This document shows positions 10,783 through 20,330 of a stretch of DNA of 64,000 nucleotides, one piece after another. Location of the stretch: NCBI GenBank assembly GCA_963737155.1, contig CAVTRN010000002.1, positions 2,144,001 through 2,208,000 of the forward strand, written 5' to 3'. Position 1 is the stretch's first letter; each line of letters starts with the position of its first letter. The position numbers were made by a program, and so were the translations under genes. A model generated the notes under the pieces. It saw nothing but the letters and a program-made list of their open reading frames with translations, was not told the origin of the DNA and searched no databases. The stretch is from Nitrospirota bacterium (GTDB taxonomy: Bacteria; Nitrospirota; UBA9217).

Positions 10783-10834
10783 GTAGATACCCCTAACCCG
10801 GACAAGCCGGAACCAAGAGGTTTTATAAAAACCA

Positions 10835-10843
10835 TGATACAAT
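10835..10843 (+). promoter_or_regulatory. Extended -10 promoter inside the element left end
   Basis: TGaTACAAT followed by a GGAGG RBS at 10868-10872. Confidence 0.5.
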
Positions 10844-10877
10844 GAAGGCTCTACTCATTGTAGTCATGGAGGTTGCT

Positions 10878-12386
10878 ATGATGATTCCTGAACGCTACCA
10901 AGATAAAATAGCCGGTTCACTATCCTGCTATGACCGCATGATCATGCAGGGCACGCTGCCCGGCTGGTGCTTCGATAAGGGGATGACGGCATTCCTCTAT
11001 GCCCGACAGATCAAGATTTTCGATTATGCCCAGTTCGCCAAAGCGCTTCAGGAAAAAGTCCGGGAGAACGCTGAGGGCCTCGCGAATGAGAACAGCATTG
11101 AGATCGAGTTCATCCGCAAGCTGGGTGCGTTCCGTAAAGAGGCCCGGATCAAAGAAATCATCAAAGCGCGTGGCGAGCAACCCGGCCTTGTTCATATCTT
11201 CTCGGCCATGGAAGCCTGCACCAGCTACAAACCCTGGCACGACAAAAACACCGGCAAGACCTTTCTCAAGTATGATTCCGGAAAGTGTCTCCACTATTAC
11301 TTCTACTTCATCGACAAGACGTTCGGCCTGTGCTACCTCCGCGTTCCCACCTGGGCACCGTTCCGGCTCCAGTTCTATATGAACGGCCACAACTGGCTGG
11401 CGGCGAAATTGGCAAAAAAGAAAATCCCCTATGTTCTTCGGGAGAACGCGTTTCTCTCTATCGATAATTTTCCCAAAGCCCAGGAGCTTTCTGACAGCAT
11501 CAAGGTGTCGGACTTACACCATGCACTGGACAGATTCGCTAAACAATACTGCCCGGTCGGTAACGGGTACGGACTTACCTACCACTGGAGCACTATGCAG
11601 GTGGAATATGCCACCGACATCGTTTTCAAGAAGCAATCGGACCTGCACACGTTGTATGAGCAAATCGTTCGAACCGCCATTCACTCCGTGAAACCGGAGA
11701 ATATCGCGACCTTTCTGGGTCGGAAGCTCCACGGCAATTATCAAGGCGAAATGGGCAACAACTTCAACACCCGAATTCAGGGAACACGGATCAAGCACCA
11801 TATGGGCGCTTCATCCATCAAGATGTACGACAAGTTCGGCAGCATCCTCCGGATTGAGACCACGACCAACGACGTCTCGGAGTTCAAGCACTATCGGGAA
11901 GTCCAGTCGCGGATCGGAGATCCTGTCCACAAGAACGCACCCATGAAGAAGAACATCTACAGCCTGTTTGACCTTACGGCGATCTTCAAGGCCTCGAACC
12001 GCCGTTATCTTGAGTTCATCTCCACGTTCGACGACCAAAGCGCGGGAATCAATAACCTTGATAAAATTTCAAAGACCGTGGAAACAGGCGACCGTTCCTA
12101 CAAGGGCTTCAATCTCTTCAGCGACGATGATCTCAAACTGTTCGAGGTTCTCGCCCGCGGCGAGTTCAACATCAACGGACTTCAGAATAAATCTCTACGA
12201 AAACAGCTGCCATCCGTGACGAGCAGTACCATGACGAGAATTCTGAAACGGCTTCACGTCCACGGCATTATTCGGAAAGTCGGCAAAACATACAAGTACT
12301 ACGTTTCAAAACTCGGCAAGGCTGTTATCGCTGCGGGATTGACCATCCGAAATATGTCTGTAATCCCGCAACTGGCGCATGTTTAA
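10878..12386 (+). CDS. Rep_trans-like putative transposase with C-terminal winged HTH (family often labelled MarR-like or hypothetical)
   Basis: QVEYATD, IKMYDK and LRIETTTND resemble the D.a.D / YDK / R.E motifs of Rep_trans initiators; C-terminal TRILKRLHVHGIIRKVGKTYKYYVS looks like a wHTH; start placed by RBS. Confidence 0.6.
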   Translation: MMIPERYQDKIAGSLSCYDRMIMQGTLPGWCFDKGMTAFLYARQIKIFDYAQFAKALQEKVRENAEGLANENSIEIEFIRKLGAFRKEARIKEIIKARGEQPGLVHIFSAMEACTSYKPWHDKNTGKTFLKYDSGKCLHYYFYFIDKTFGLCYLRVPTWAPFRLQFYMNGHNWLAAKLAKKKIPYVLRENAFLSIDNFPKAQELSDSIKVSDLHHALDRFAKQYCPVGNGYGLTYHWSTMQVEYATDIVFKKQSDLHTLYEQIVRTAIHSVKPENIATFLGRKLHGNYQGEMGNNFNTRIQGTRIKHHMGASSIKMYDKFGSILRIETTTNDVSEFKHYREVQSRIGDPVHKNAPMKKNIYSLFDLTAIFKASNRRYLEFISTFDDQSAGINNLDKISKTVETGDRSYKGFNLFSDDDLKLFEVLARGEFNINGLQNKSLRKQLPSVTSSTMTRILKRLHVHGIIRKVGKTYKYYVSKLGKAVIAAGLTIRNMSVIPQLAHV

Positions 12387-12441
12387 TGCATATTCACCAA
12401 ATTGTTCTACCCATTTTGAGAAGCTTTTGATTCTTTAGTTA

Positions 12442-12975
12442 CTAATAGTCGATGCCTTGACGGGCGGAAATCCCACGGTCAAAAGGGTGTTTTATGTTTC
12501 GCATTTCAGTAACTAAATCCGCAGCAGCGATGACATCGGGATGTGCATTGCGTCCTGTGAGAAGCAGATGCAGCTTTCTCGGTTTTTCCTGAATTAGACT
12601 GATAGTCTCATGGATATCGATCAACCCAAGTGAAGCCGCCGTATTTATCTCATCAAGAATCAGGATGTCCCAGGATCCGGAAAACATTCGTTGGCGCGCC
12701 AGCCTAAGCGCTTCCCGTGCGGCTCTGCGGTGCTCGTCCAAGGGCATCTGGTCTCCGCAGCAGTTGACGAAACCTTTTCCAAGAGAAACGATTTCGATCT
12801 CGGGCATGAGTCTTTCCGCTGCCCGCACTTCCCCGATCGACGATTGGCTCTTAACGAACTGCACTATGGAGACATACATATTATGACCAGCCGCACGCAA
12901 AGCAATTCCGAGGGCAGCGCTTGTTTTCCCTTTGCCGTCGCCGGTAAAGACGATCACTAACCCTCTATCTGACAC
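12442..12975 (-). CDS. cobO: Cob(I)yrinic acid a,c-diamide adenosyltransferase
   Basis: VFTGDGKGKTSAALG, ILDEIN, LTGRNA, ADLVTEM..IKHPF, GIDY. Confidence 0.95.
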   Translation of the reverse strand: MSDRGLVIVFTGDGKGKTSAALGIALRAAGHNMYVSIVQFVKSQSSIGEVRAAERLMPEIEIVSLGKGFVNCCGDQMPLDEHRRAAREALRLARQRMFSGSWDILILDEINTAASLGLIDIHETISLIQEKPRKLHLLLTGRNAHPDVIAAADLVTEMRNIKHPFDRGISARQGIDY

Positions 12976-13386
12976 GAGTTTTCACCTCAAAAGCATAATA
13001 AATATCCATTAATTAATGTTTAAATCATAACACCTTGCAGAGCAAAACACAAGACGCCCAACTCGCATCTTTCCACTCAGAGTTAAAATATCCGCTTTTG
13101 TGATACTGCGTGACGTTGAATTCGTGCTTTGACCATAGCCCCCGGGGATTCCTTCAACGGAAGTGATTCTTTTCTGTTCTTCCGTTATGCCCTCCCCTGC
13201 GGATGGTGGCTGAAAAGAGGATATTTTTGACTTTTGCAAAATTAGATATAATTATTTCGGATGCTAGATGCCCGACCGCATCACTCCTCCCTACGTTTTT
13301 CATTATTTTTTCCTTGCATGACCGTTCTCCTTATGGTACTTTATGCAACGCTTTAAATCTTATCGAATTTTATGGAGGACTTTACT

Positions 13387-13581
13387 GTGGCAGGTACATG
13401 TCAGATCTGTGGAAAAGGGAAACTGAGCGGCAACAAAGTCAGCCACTCCAACAACAAAACCAAAAAGGTATCAAAACCGAATTTGCAATATGTAAAGGCT
13501 GTCGGTGCACATGGCTCGCATGTGCGCATGCATGTGTGTACGCGCTGTATCCGGTCTGGTAAAGTAAAGAAAGTAAGCTAG
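13387..13581 (+). CDS. rpmB: 50S ribosomal protein L28
   Basis: CQICGK...[12 protein letters not shown]...PNLQ...VCTRCIRSG; GTG start after GGAGGA. Confidence 0.93.
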   Translation: MAGTCQICGKGKLSGNKVSHSNNKTKKVSKPNLQYVKAVGAHGSHVRMHVCTRCIRSGKVKKVS

Positions 13582-13817
13582 CCCCAATTCCCGCTCCAAT
13601 CGTCCCCGGCCGGACAACCGGCAGGGGTGTCTTATATTCTTTTTCAGTTCCCTCAGGAGGAGTGACTTCCTTTGCAGGAGATTCTGAATGCCTTTTACGA
13701 CCCTATCAGTCATTTGGACCAACTCCGAACTGAATCGCAAGTTTATACTAATGTCATAGTCTCCTCAAGAAAACTATAAATTGCAATAAATGCAATGTGT
13801 AAAATTATAATTTGAAG

Positions 13818-13846
13818 TTGACAGCACTTTTCTACTGTACTATCAT
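13818..13846 (+). promoter_or_regulatory. Sigma70-type promoter for the beta-propeller gene
   Basis: TTGACA-N17-TATCAT. Confidence 0.6.
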
Positions 13847-14049
13847 TACTCCATAATAATAAAATATCGTTATTGCATTATATGAGAAAAAGGTAGGTCC
13901 TCATGACACTAGTATTCCTTCCTTAAGAAGGAGGAGTAAGGAGGTGGACGGAAAGGACAAATAGAGAAAGCATAAAAATCGGACACTGTCTTTTTAGTAA
14001 CATAACAACGGGCACACAAGATGCTCAAATTTTTTAAAGGGGAGGAACT

Positions 14050-15147
14050 ATGAGTTTTGTTAAAAAAAGTATGGTAATCGTGTTTATGGTGATAGGCGCT
14101 GTCGGGTTTTACCTTGGCTTATCCGGGATTAAGAGCGTTAACGCGGCCGACGAAACAGTTATCGATTCTAAAGTTATGCTCGATGCAAAGGGCCCGACAT
14201 TTGATGGAATTGCCTATATTGCAGGCCATGGCGGCCATATAGCGATTATCGATCTCCGAACGATGAAATCGCCAACAGATATTGATAAAGACAGAATTGT
14301 TCTTACTGAAGCCGGTTCCGAAATGGAAGGGAAAATTGCCGGCATGAGCTTCGAGCAAGTCAAAAAGTCTGGCGGTACACACGGTCAGACCCTAATGATG
14401 GAAAATGGACAGAAAGTTCTTGTTGCCGGAACACTTTCCGGTAATGTCTACAAGGTTAATCTCGTGACGGGCAAGAAGGAAGGCCCCTTTAAGGTCGGTG
14501 AGAAATTCTGCGGCGCCATTACTGGGCCTGATGGCAATATTTATTTCGAAGATATGGCCGATGGCAATGTATATGTTTGGGATTCCAAAACCTTGAAGAC
14601 GGTCGACAAAATGCCTGTTGGCAAAGCAGTCTGCGGTATCCAGTGGACCAAGAATCACGATAAGGCCTATATAACCGATATGCCGACCGGCGTCGTTTAT
14701 GTGTATGACTGGAAGACGAAGAAAGAAATAAAGCAGATTTCAAGCCCTGAGGGCATGACCTTCATCCATCAGACCCGCATGACACCCGACGGCAAATATC
14801 TTTGGGTCTCCGCACCGAACGAATTCGATCCTGGTTTGAAGCCAGGCACCCACAAGAGCCAGATTATCATCATTGATACAAACAAAGACGCGATCGTAAA
14901 GCGCATCAATCTTCCCAACGATATTAGACCGCATGATTTCGCTTTTACTAAAGACGGGAAATATGCGCTGATCACTTCCAGAACCTATGCTGACGACAGC
15001 ATGCTGGATGTGATGAATACAAAAAACTATGATATTGTGGAAAAAGTGTCCGCATGCAAATCCTGTCATCAGCCGAATGGAATTGAAGTAAAGATTGACT
15101 CTGGCTCGCCGTTGCTTTGCGGTATCCAGGTTGACTGGCTAAAATAA
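14050..15147 (+). CDS. Exported YncE/YVTN-like beta-propeller with a CxxCH motif and several Cys/His motifs
   Basis: Signal or anchor peptide; repeated blades (TPDGKYLWVS, TKDGKYALIT); CKSCH near the C-terminus; strong RBS. Confidence 0.75.
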   Translation: MSFVKKSMVIVFMVIGAVGFYLGLSGIKSVNAADETVIDSKVMLDAKGPTFDGIAYIAGHGGHIAIIDLRTMKSPTDIDKDRIVLTEAGSEMEGKIAGMSFEQVKKSGGTHGQTLMMENGQKVLVAGTLSGNVYKVNLVTGKKEGPFKVGEKFCGAITGPDGNIYFEDMADGNVYVWDSKTLKTVDKMPVGKAVCGIQWTKNHDKAYITDMPTGVVYVYDWKTKKEIKQISSPEGMTFIHQTRMTPDGKYLWVSAPNEFDPGLKPGTHKSQIIIIDTNKDAIVKRINLPNDIRPHDFAFTKDGKYALITSRTYADDSMLDVMNTKNYDIVEKVSACKSCHQPNGIEVKIDSGSPLLCGIQVDWLK

Positions 15148-15166
15148 AAGAACGCCCAAACCTTTG

Positions 15167-15206
15167 ACCGGAGGAGCTGAACCAGCTCCTCCGGTTTCAT
15201 TTTTTC
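15167..15206 (+). terminator. Rho-independent terminator
   Basis: ACCGGAGGAGCTG-aac-CAGCTCCTCCGGT 13-bp stem followed by a T-rich tract. Confidence 0.85.
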
Positions 15207-15463
15207 GTCGTAGCCCATTCACTTTATACCGCACTCATAACATAATCTTCTCAAAATAATATAGATGACCAGAACAGACGGACAAAGTAGGCTCTCGACT
15301 ATTTTCTGTTTGCATTAGTCAAAACTATGTTATATTATGCTTCAAGTATATTACTTATCGATCACGACGAATAGTCCTGCCGTTACAGCTTCGCCACGTC
15401 TGTTGCGGCAGCAGTATTCATCTGCGAACTGGGATTTAATCCCGAAGAAAGACGTCTGATACT

Positions 15464-16660
15464 ATGAACATATCTTATGTTGCATTCAAAAATCTCAAGC
15501 GAAAGCTGACGAGAACTTGGCTTCTGTTCGCTATCGTTATGGTTGTTTCATGCACACTTTTCGCGGCGACACTCTTTTTGAAAAGTATAAACAATGCGCT
15601 CAAAATAGGTACCTATCGACTCGGCGCCGATATCCTGGTAGTTCCAGAAAGTGCCCAGCAAGAAGCAAAATCCGCTCTTCTATCGGGCGAGCCAACGCAA
15701 TTTCTGATGGACCGATCCATTCTTGACAAGGTAAAGCAGGTCGATGGTGTTAAGAATGCAACCCCACAGCTGTTCATCAAACCGACCAGTTTCACGTGTT
15801 GTTTCAATGTCGATGTTTTCCTCGTGGCCTTCGATCCTGATTCGGATTTTACGGTGAAGCCCTGGCTTGAAAAAAATCTAAGTAGGAAACTGGGGATCGA
15901 CGAGATTATCACCGGAAGGTCAATCCCCGTCATCGTTGGGGATAGGATCCCCTTTTATGGGACGACCTTTACCGTTGTTGGGACGATGGAACCGACGGGT
16001 ATGGACTTTTTCGACCGTGCCATTTTCATGAGCCTTGATGCTGCATACAACATGGCAGCAAATTCAAAGACCAAGGCAATCCAACCGCTGGAAATCAATA
16101 GAAATCAGATTTCAACAGTACTCGTACAGGTAAAGGAAGATATGACCCCTGACCGTGTAGCCATAAGGATCGAGCACGATATCAGCGGAGTAAAAGCTAT
16201 TGTTTCCGACACCATCATCAGTACAGTTCGGCAACAACTCGCAGGTCTTATAAAGGCTATCCTGATCATAAGCTTCATTCTGTGGTTCATTGTTCTCCTC
16301 ATCATGTCATTCGCCTTCTATATGATCGTGAATGAACGCCGGAGGGAAATTGGCCTTCTCCGGGCAATGGGAGGGAACAGGGGACATATTGCCGCCATTA
16401 TACTGACCGAGGCCGCGTTTCTTTCATCCGGAGGCGGCGCAGCAGGGATTGTCCTGGGTTTTACTCTTTTATCCGGCTTCAAGGATCTGCTTCTTCATTA
16501 TCTGAAGCTGCCCTATCTCTTTCCCAGCACAGAGCAAATGGTCATGCTAACAATAGGCGCGCTTCTCTTCTCTGTTCTGACCGGTCTGTTCGCAGCTCTC
16601 CTTCCCTCTCTCAGCGTACTGAGAATAGAACCTTACGAAGCCATAAGGAGCGCAGAATGA
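15464..16660 (+). CDS. MacB/FtsX-family ABC transporter permease
   Basis: RLGADILVVP, ERRREIGLLRAMG, four-TM layout; FTCC in the periplasmic domain. Confidence 0.88.
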   Translation: MNISYVAFKNLKRKLTRTWLLFAIVMVVSCTLFAATLFLKSINNALKIGTYRLGADILVVPESAQQEAKSALLSGEPTQFLMDRSILDKVKQVDGVKNATPQLFIKPTSFTCCFNVDVFLVAFDPDSDFTVKPWLEKNLSRKLGIDEIITGRSIPVIVGDRIPFYGTTFTVVGTMEPTGMDFFDRAIFMSLDAAYNMAANSKTKAIQPLEINRNQISTVLVQVKEDMTPDRVAIRIEHDISGVKAIVSDTIISTVRQQLAGLIKAILIISFILWFIVLLIMSFAFYMIVNERRREIGLLRAMGGNRGHIAAIILTEAAFLSSGGGAAGIVLGFTLLSGFKDLLLHYLKLPYLFPSTEQMVMLTIGALLFSVLTGLFAALLPSLSVLRIEPYEAIRSAE

Positions 16661-17256
16661 AGTACATAATCTCCATCATTCTTATTTCCTTGTTGTTACT
16701 GTCCTGTTCAAAAAAACAGGAGAAAAATCCTTCTAATGTTAACAATTCGACGCAGGACCTCTATCAAAAGTTGAAAGAAGAGACAACAAAGAATCCCAAT
16801 GATGCAGAATCATGGTATCATCTTGCCGATTTCTATGAGAGATCGGATATGTATCGCGAAGAAATAGACGCTTTGAACAAAGTTGTGGCTCTCAAACCTA
16901 GTGGCTACTCTTTCATGAAAATGGGAAACGCCTACCAACAGCTCGGAGAATATAAGGATGCGATTAAGAGTTTCATGGCTGCCGAAAAATATCTTCCTAA
17001 GTACGCGGTGCTGTATAACAATATCGCCGTGGCATATGGCAAGATAGGAAGTCTGAACAAGGAAATTATGGAACTCCGGAAAGCTATTTCTTTTCGTCCC
17101 CGCTATGCTACTGCCCGATATAATCTAGGCGTTACATATCTGAAACAGGGTAAATCTGGCCTTGCGCTCAAGCAGTATGAAGAACTGAAAAAATTCGACG
17201 GAGGCATAGCTGATGCTCTGAAAAAAGAAATTGATAACAAAAAGACAAAGTCATAA
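16657..17256 (+). CDS. TPR lipoprotein
   Basis: Lipobox LLSC; TPR helices (YNNIAVAY, RYNLGVTY). Confidence 0.8.
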   Translation: MKYIISIILISLLLLSCSKKQEKNPSNVNNSTQDLYQKLKEETTKNPNDAESWYHLADFYERSDMYREEIDALNKVVALKPSGYSFMKMGNAYQQLGEYKDAIKSFMAAEKYLPKYAVLYNNIAVAYGKIGSLNKEIMELRKAISFRPRYATARYNLGVTYLKQGKSGLALKQYEELKKFDGGIADALKKEIDNKKTKS

Positions 17257-17609
17257 AACAATTATTATGTTAAGAGCATCTGTGGGGTTTTTTCAAAATC
17301 GTTTATGGAATCGAACTGATTTAAAATGCTATAGCTGAAAGAAAAGCCGATATAATATGCACAGACCACCTAAGGATGTGGATATAGACAAGATACAGCA
17401 GCTTTTCCTCGGAACATTATGTAAATTATCTCCAGGGGATGTTATTCCTCGGCTGCAGGAGAGGTATAAAGTTACCCCACCGCAGTCATCAATATCGACC
17501 TACCATTTCAGGATGACCGTCGTCAAACATAGCATTTGTTGCCATCATCAGTAATCTCACAACGAAAAACGATACAATCTCTGAAGTCGTCTTTAAAGAG
17601 AGGGATTTT

Positions 17610-18273
17610 ATGATAGAATTGAAATCATTATCAAAAAGCTACCAAGTCTTGGGAAACATCATCCACGCAGTACAACCTCTCAACCTCTCAATTTCACGGG
17701 GCGAATTCGTTTCCATCGTCGGTCATTCGGGAAGCGGGAAAAGTACGTTTCTAAGCCTCGTGGGCGGTATAGCACGCCCAGATTCAGGTTCGGTCATCGT
17801 AGACGGCAAGAACATCTGGGATTATGACGACAAGAGCATCTCAAAGCTACGTAACGAAAAGTTTGGATTTGTATATCAGTTTGCAAGTCTATTACCCACC
17901 CTAACTGCTACTGAAAACGTCCTGCTGCCAACTGTTTTTGGAGGCAGCAAAACGATTGCGGACGCCGAGAATCTTCTCAAACTCGTCGGTCTGGATGATA
18001 AGAAGAACCGCTATCCTTCTGAGCTGAGCGGCGGCGAACAGCAACGTGTGGCAATCGCTCGCGCGTTCATCAACGATCCTGAGATTATTCTTGCCGATGA
18101 GCCCACCGGAGATTCTCGATGAAGAAACGGAAGCGGTAATTATGTCCTTTTTTGAAAAGATTAACCGGGAGAAAAACGTCACCATGATCATGGTGACCCA
18201 CAGTTCCGAAATTGCACTTCGGGCTCCGACTCGTCTCAGGATGAAGCATGGCGAACTGGAAAAGCTTAACTGA
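17610..18273 (+). pseudogene. LolD/MacB-type ABC ATP-binding protein with a +1 frameshift (real or a sequencing error)
   Basis: [23 protein letters not shown] and ILADEPTG in one frame; LDEET...MVTHS continues in another frame after an extra T at 18113-18114. Confidence 0.8.
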
Positions 18274-18313
18274 GTAAAAGGGATTTTATCCCCTATCTGC
18301 ATGATTTGCAAAC

Positions 18314-18360
18314 AGGAAAAACTAAACGGCGGCCAAGATGGCCGCCGTTTAGTTTTTCCT
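18314..18360. terminator. Bidirectional terminator between convergent operons
   Basis: Perfect 22-bp inverted repeat AGGAAAAACTAAACGGCGGCCA-aga-TGGCCGCCGTTTAGTTTTTCCT. Confidence 0.85.
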
Positions 18361-18383
18361 TGTTTCAGACAGAGATTCCGATA

Positions 18384-19088
18384 CTATTTTTTCTTCTTAT
18401 CCCCGTACAGATAATCATATTCCGCCGGATGATGGTGTTTTAACTGGTCGATCGTCATCTTTCCAGTGAGCCACATCCAGTTCATGGGGAACACCTCCGA
18501 ACGAAGATGCTCGTTATAAAAGTGAAAAATCATGATAAACACTATGGCGAGGAGCGCCTCGTCACTGTGCATAGTGAAAATGACATCCCATATCCATTGG
18601 ACCGACCAGGCGGGGAAAATAGGTGATACGGTCACAGGGAAAGCAAGACAAAAGCCCGATGCCCCGATAATGAACATACCCCAATACACCGCCCAGTAGT
18701 CGAATTTCTGCATGTAGTTGAATTTACCAAAGTAGGGTTTATCTTTTCTCAGCCCAAAGAAATACATGAAATTATGGAATACGTCGACCACATCCTTTGG
18801 CATCGGAAGGAGGGTAAACCTCATGCCGCCCTTGCGCATCTGGTTGACCAGGTAAAACTGGTGGTAGATAAAATCAAGGAGCATGGTGATGCCCGCGACA
18901 CGATGAATAATTCCAGCGCTTTTTGCGCCGCCCCAGAAACGGATCCAAGCGCTGGCCGGATCCTGATAGGCATACTTGAGCCCCCATCCCGTGAAAGCCA
19001 GGAGCAGAAAGGTCGTAAACATAATAACGTGTTGAATTCGAGCAGAGAGGTTGAACCTCTCGATTTCTTTTGGAATCGTATTATTCAT
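18384..19088 (-). CDS. Di-heme cytochrome b subunit (FdnI / CbcL C-terminal-like)
   Basis: RIQH, IIHRVAG, KFDYWAVYWG, HSDEALLA, HFYNEHL; start MNNTIP after GGAGG. Confidence 0.85.
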   Translation of the reverse strand: MNNTIPKEIERFNLSARIQHVIMFTTFLLLAFTGWGLKYAYQDPASAWIRFWGGAKSAGIIHRVAGITMLLDFIYHQFYLVNQMRKGGMRFTLLPMPKDVVDVFHNFMYFFGLRKDKPYFGKFNYMQKFDYWAVYWGMFIIGASGFCLAFPVTVSPIFPAWSVQWIWDVIFTMHSDEALLAIVFIMIFHFYNEHLRSEVFPMNWMWLTGKMTIDQLKHHHPAEYDYLYGDKKKK

Positions 19089-19977
19089 GACCTCCTCCTT
19101 TTCTGAACAGACGGTCGCGGATATCCGCGATGATATCCAAAAGTACATGGATGCAGATGAACGCAAACACACTCATCGTAAGAATGATCAAGGCAAGTTC
19201 CGTAAAATGAGCAATGGGTTGCGGCGGCTGATGAGTGATCGCGGCTACGAACTTTTCCGTTGCACCGGCATGACACTTCCCGCATGTCTTGATCTTGTTT
19301 GCGCCATAAACTGGAGACGAGGGATCCTTCACATCCTTGATATCGTGAGGCCCATGACAATTAACGCAGGACGGAGCGCTGCTTTGGCCCAGTTTGAGCT
19401 TGCGGCCATGAAAACTTTCTTTGTACCGCTCCATGACGTCAGGAGAGAGACCGTATTTCTCCGACATGATCTTTTCATCATGACAGGTGCCGCAGGTCGC
19501 GACGACGTTGAAATGGTTGACCATGGATTCCTTGCTGGTCTTCGGCTGGATATAATGAGGGATACCATGACAACTCGTGCAAACCGGGCCGTCAGATGAT
19601 TTTTGCACCATGACGTTCTGCCCGTGCACGCTCGATTTGTATGCTTCGTACACATCGGGATGACACTGGACACAGGCTGCCTGCGCAATGGGGTCAATTT
19701 TGCTTTTCGAGGAGAGGGCTTCCGCTAGTTCCTGGGTTGCCTTGTCCGCCTTCCCTGACAGTCCCTTGTGCTGTTCTCCGTTGAGCATCATATGGCACGT
19801 GACGCAGTCGAAGGAACCATGGACGGATTTCGAATACTTTTCCTGATTTACGTTGAATTCACCTTCCATTGACCCATGGCATCCGAGGCACGTCGCCGCA
19901 TCGGGCGCAGCGCCGGCTGCTGGTGACAAAACCAAGGTTAAAAACAACAGCACAACTGCGTTCAACCAAATCATCAT
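19081..19977 (-). CDS. Heptaheme cytochrome c with a C-terminal TM helix (CbcL N-terminal-like)
   Basis: Seven CxxCH motifs, SVHG repeats, signal peptide, C-terminal hydrophobic helix containing His. Confidence 0.88.
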   Translation of the reverse strand: MMIWLNAVVLLFLTLVLSPAAGAAPDAATCLGCHGSMEGEFNVNQEKYSKSVHGSFDCVTCHMMLNGEQHKGLSGKADKATQELAEALSSKSKIDPIAQAACVQCHPDVYEAYKSSVHGQNVMVQKSSDGPVCTSCHGIPHYIQPKTSKESMVNHFNVVATCGTCHDEKIMSEKYGLSPDVMERYKESFHGRKLKLGQSSAPSCVNCHGPHDIKDVKDPSSPVYGANKIKTCGKCHAGATEKFVAAITHQPPQPIAHFTELALIILTMSVFAFICIHVLLDIIADIRDRLFRKGGGHE

Positions 19978-20330
19978 ACCATCTCCTTTCACTCCATCAG
20001 TATTCTTAATATGTATTATTCTCAAAATGGCAGAGCGTCTCCTAGCAAAACGGTATTAACGAAATCGCTTTTCCGCCGTTCTCTATTGCAGGGCGAGCTT
20101 AAAAACCCGGACAATCAAGTAAGGTTGCGGCTATTTCTTGAGTTGTTGATAATAACAGATGAGGTACGGCGTAAAAGACCCAAATATAATGTTCGTGCGG
20201 TGAGTCGTCGATGACGAAGGAACGTCCTTGATTGCCCCCCGGAATCCATCTATCCCTTCAAATAGAATCAAGTAGATTTTAATCAGTAATGGAAAGATAG
20301 CATATTTTACAGAAATCCGCCAAATTTTTT

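Larger units (their letters stand above)
10792..12445 (+). mobile_element. Putative rolling-circle-type insertion element (Rep_trans-like protein, no terminal IRs)
   Basis: Left boundary fixed by the second copy at 1-130; terminal CCTAACCCGGACAAGCCGGAACC hairpin; right boundary inferred because it abuts the cobO stop codon; CTAA at both ends. Confidence 0.7.

Noticed and set aside
13131-13210. Long imperfect hairpin upstream of cobO, considered as a cobalamin riboswitch or SRP RNA
   Set aside because: Lacks the B12-box core motifs and the SRP helix 8 motif
20104-20114. AACCCGGACAA, and CCGGACAACCGG near 13610, resemble the element left end
   Set aside because: The matches are 11 nt or shorter and do not extend; the 13610 copy is part of a hairpin after rpmB
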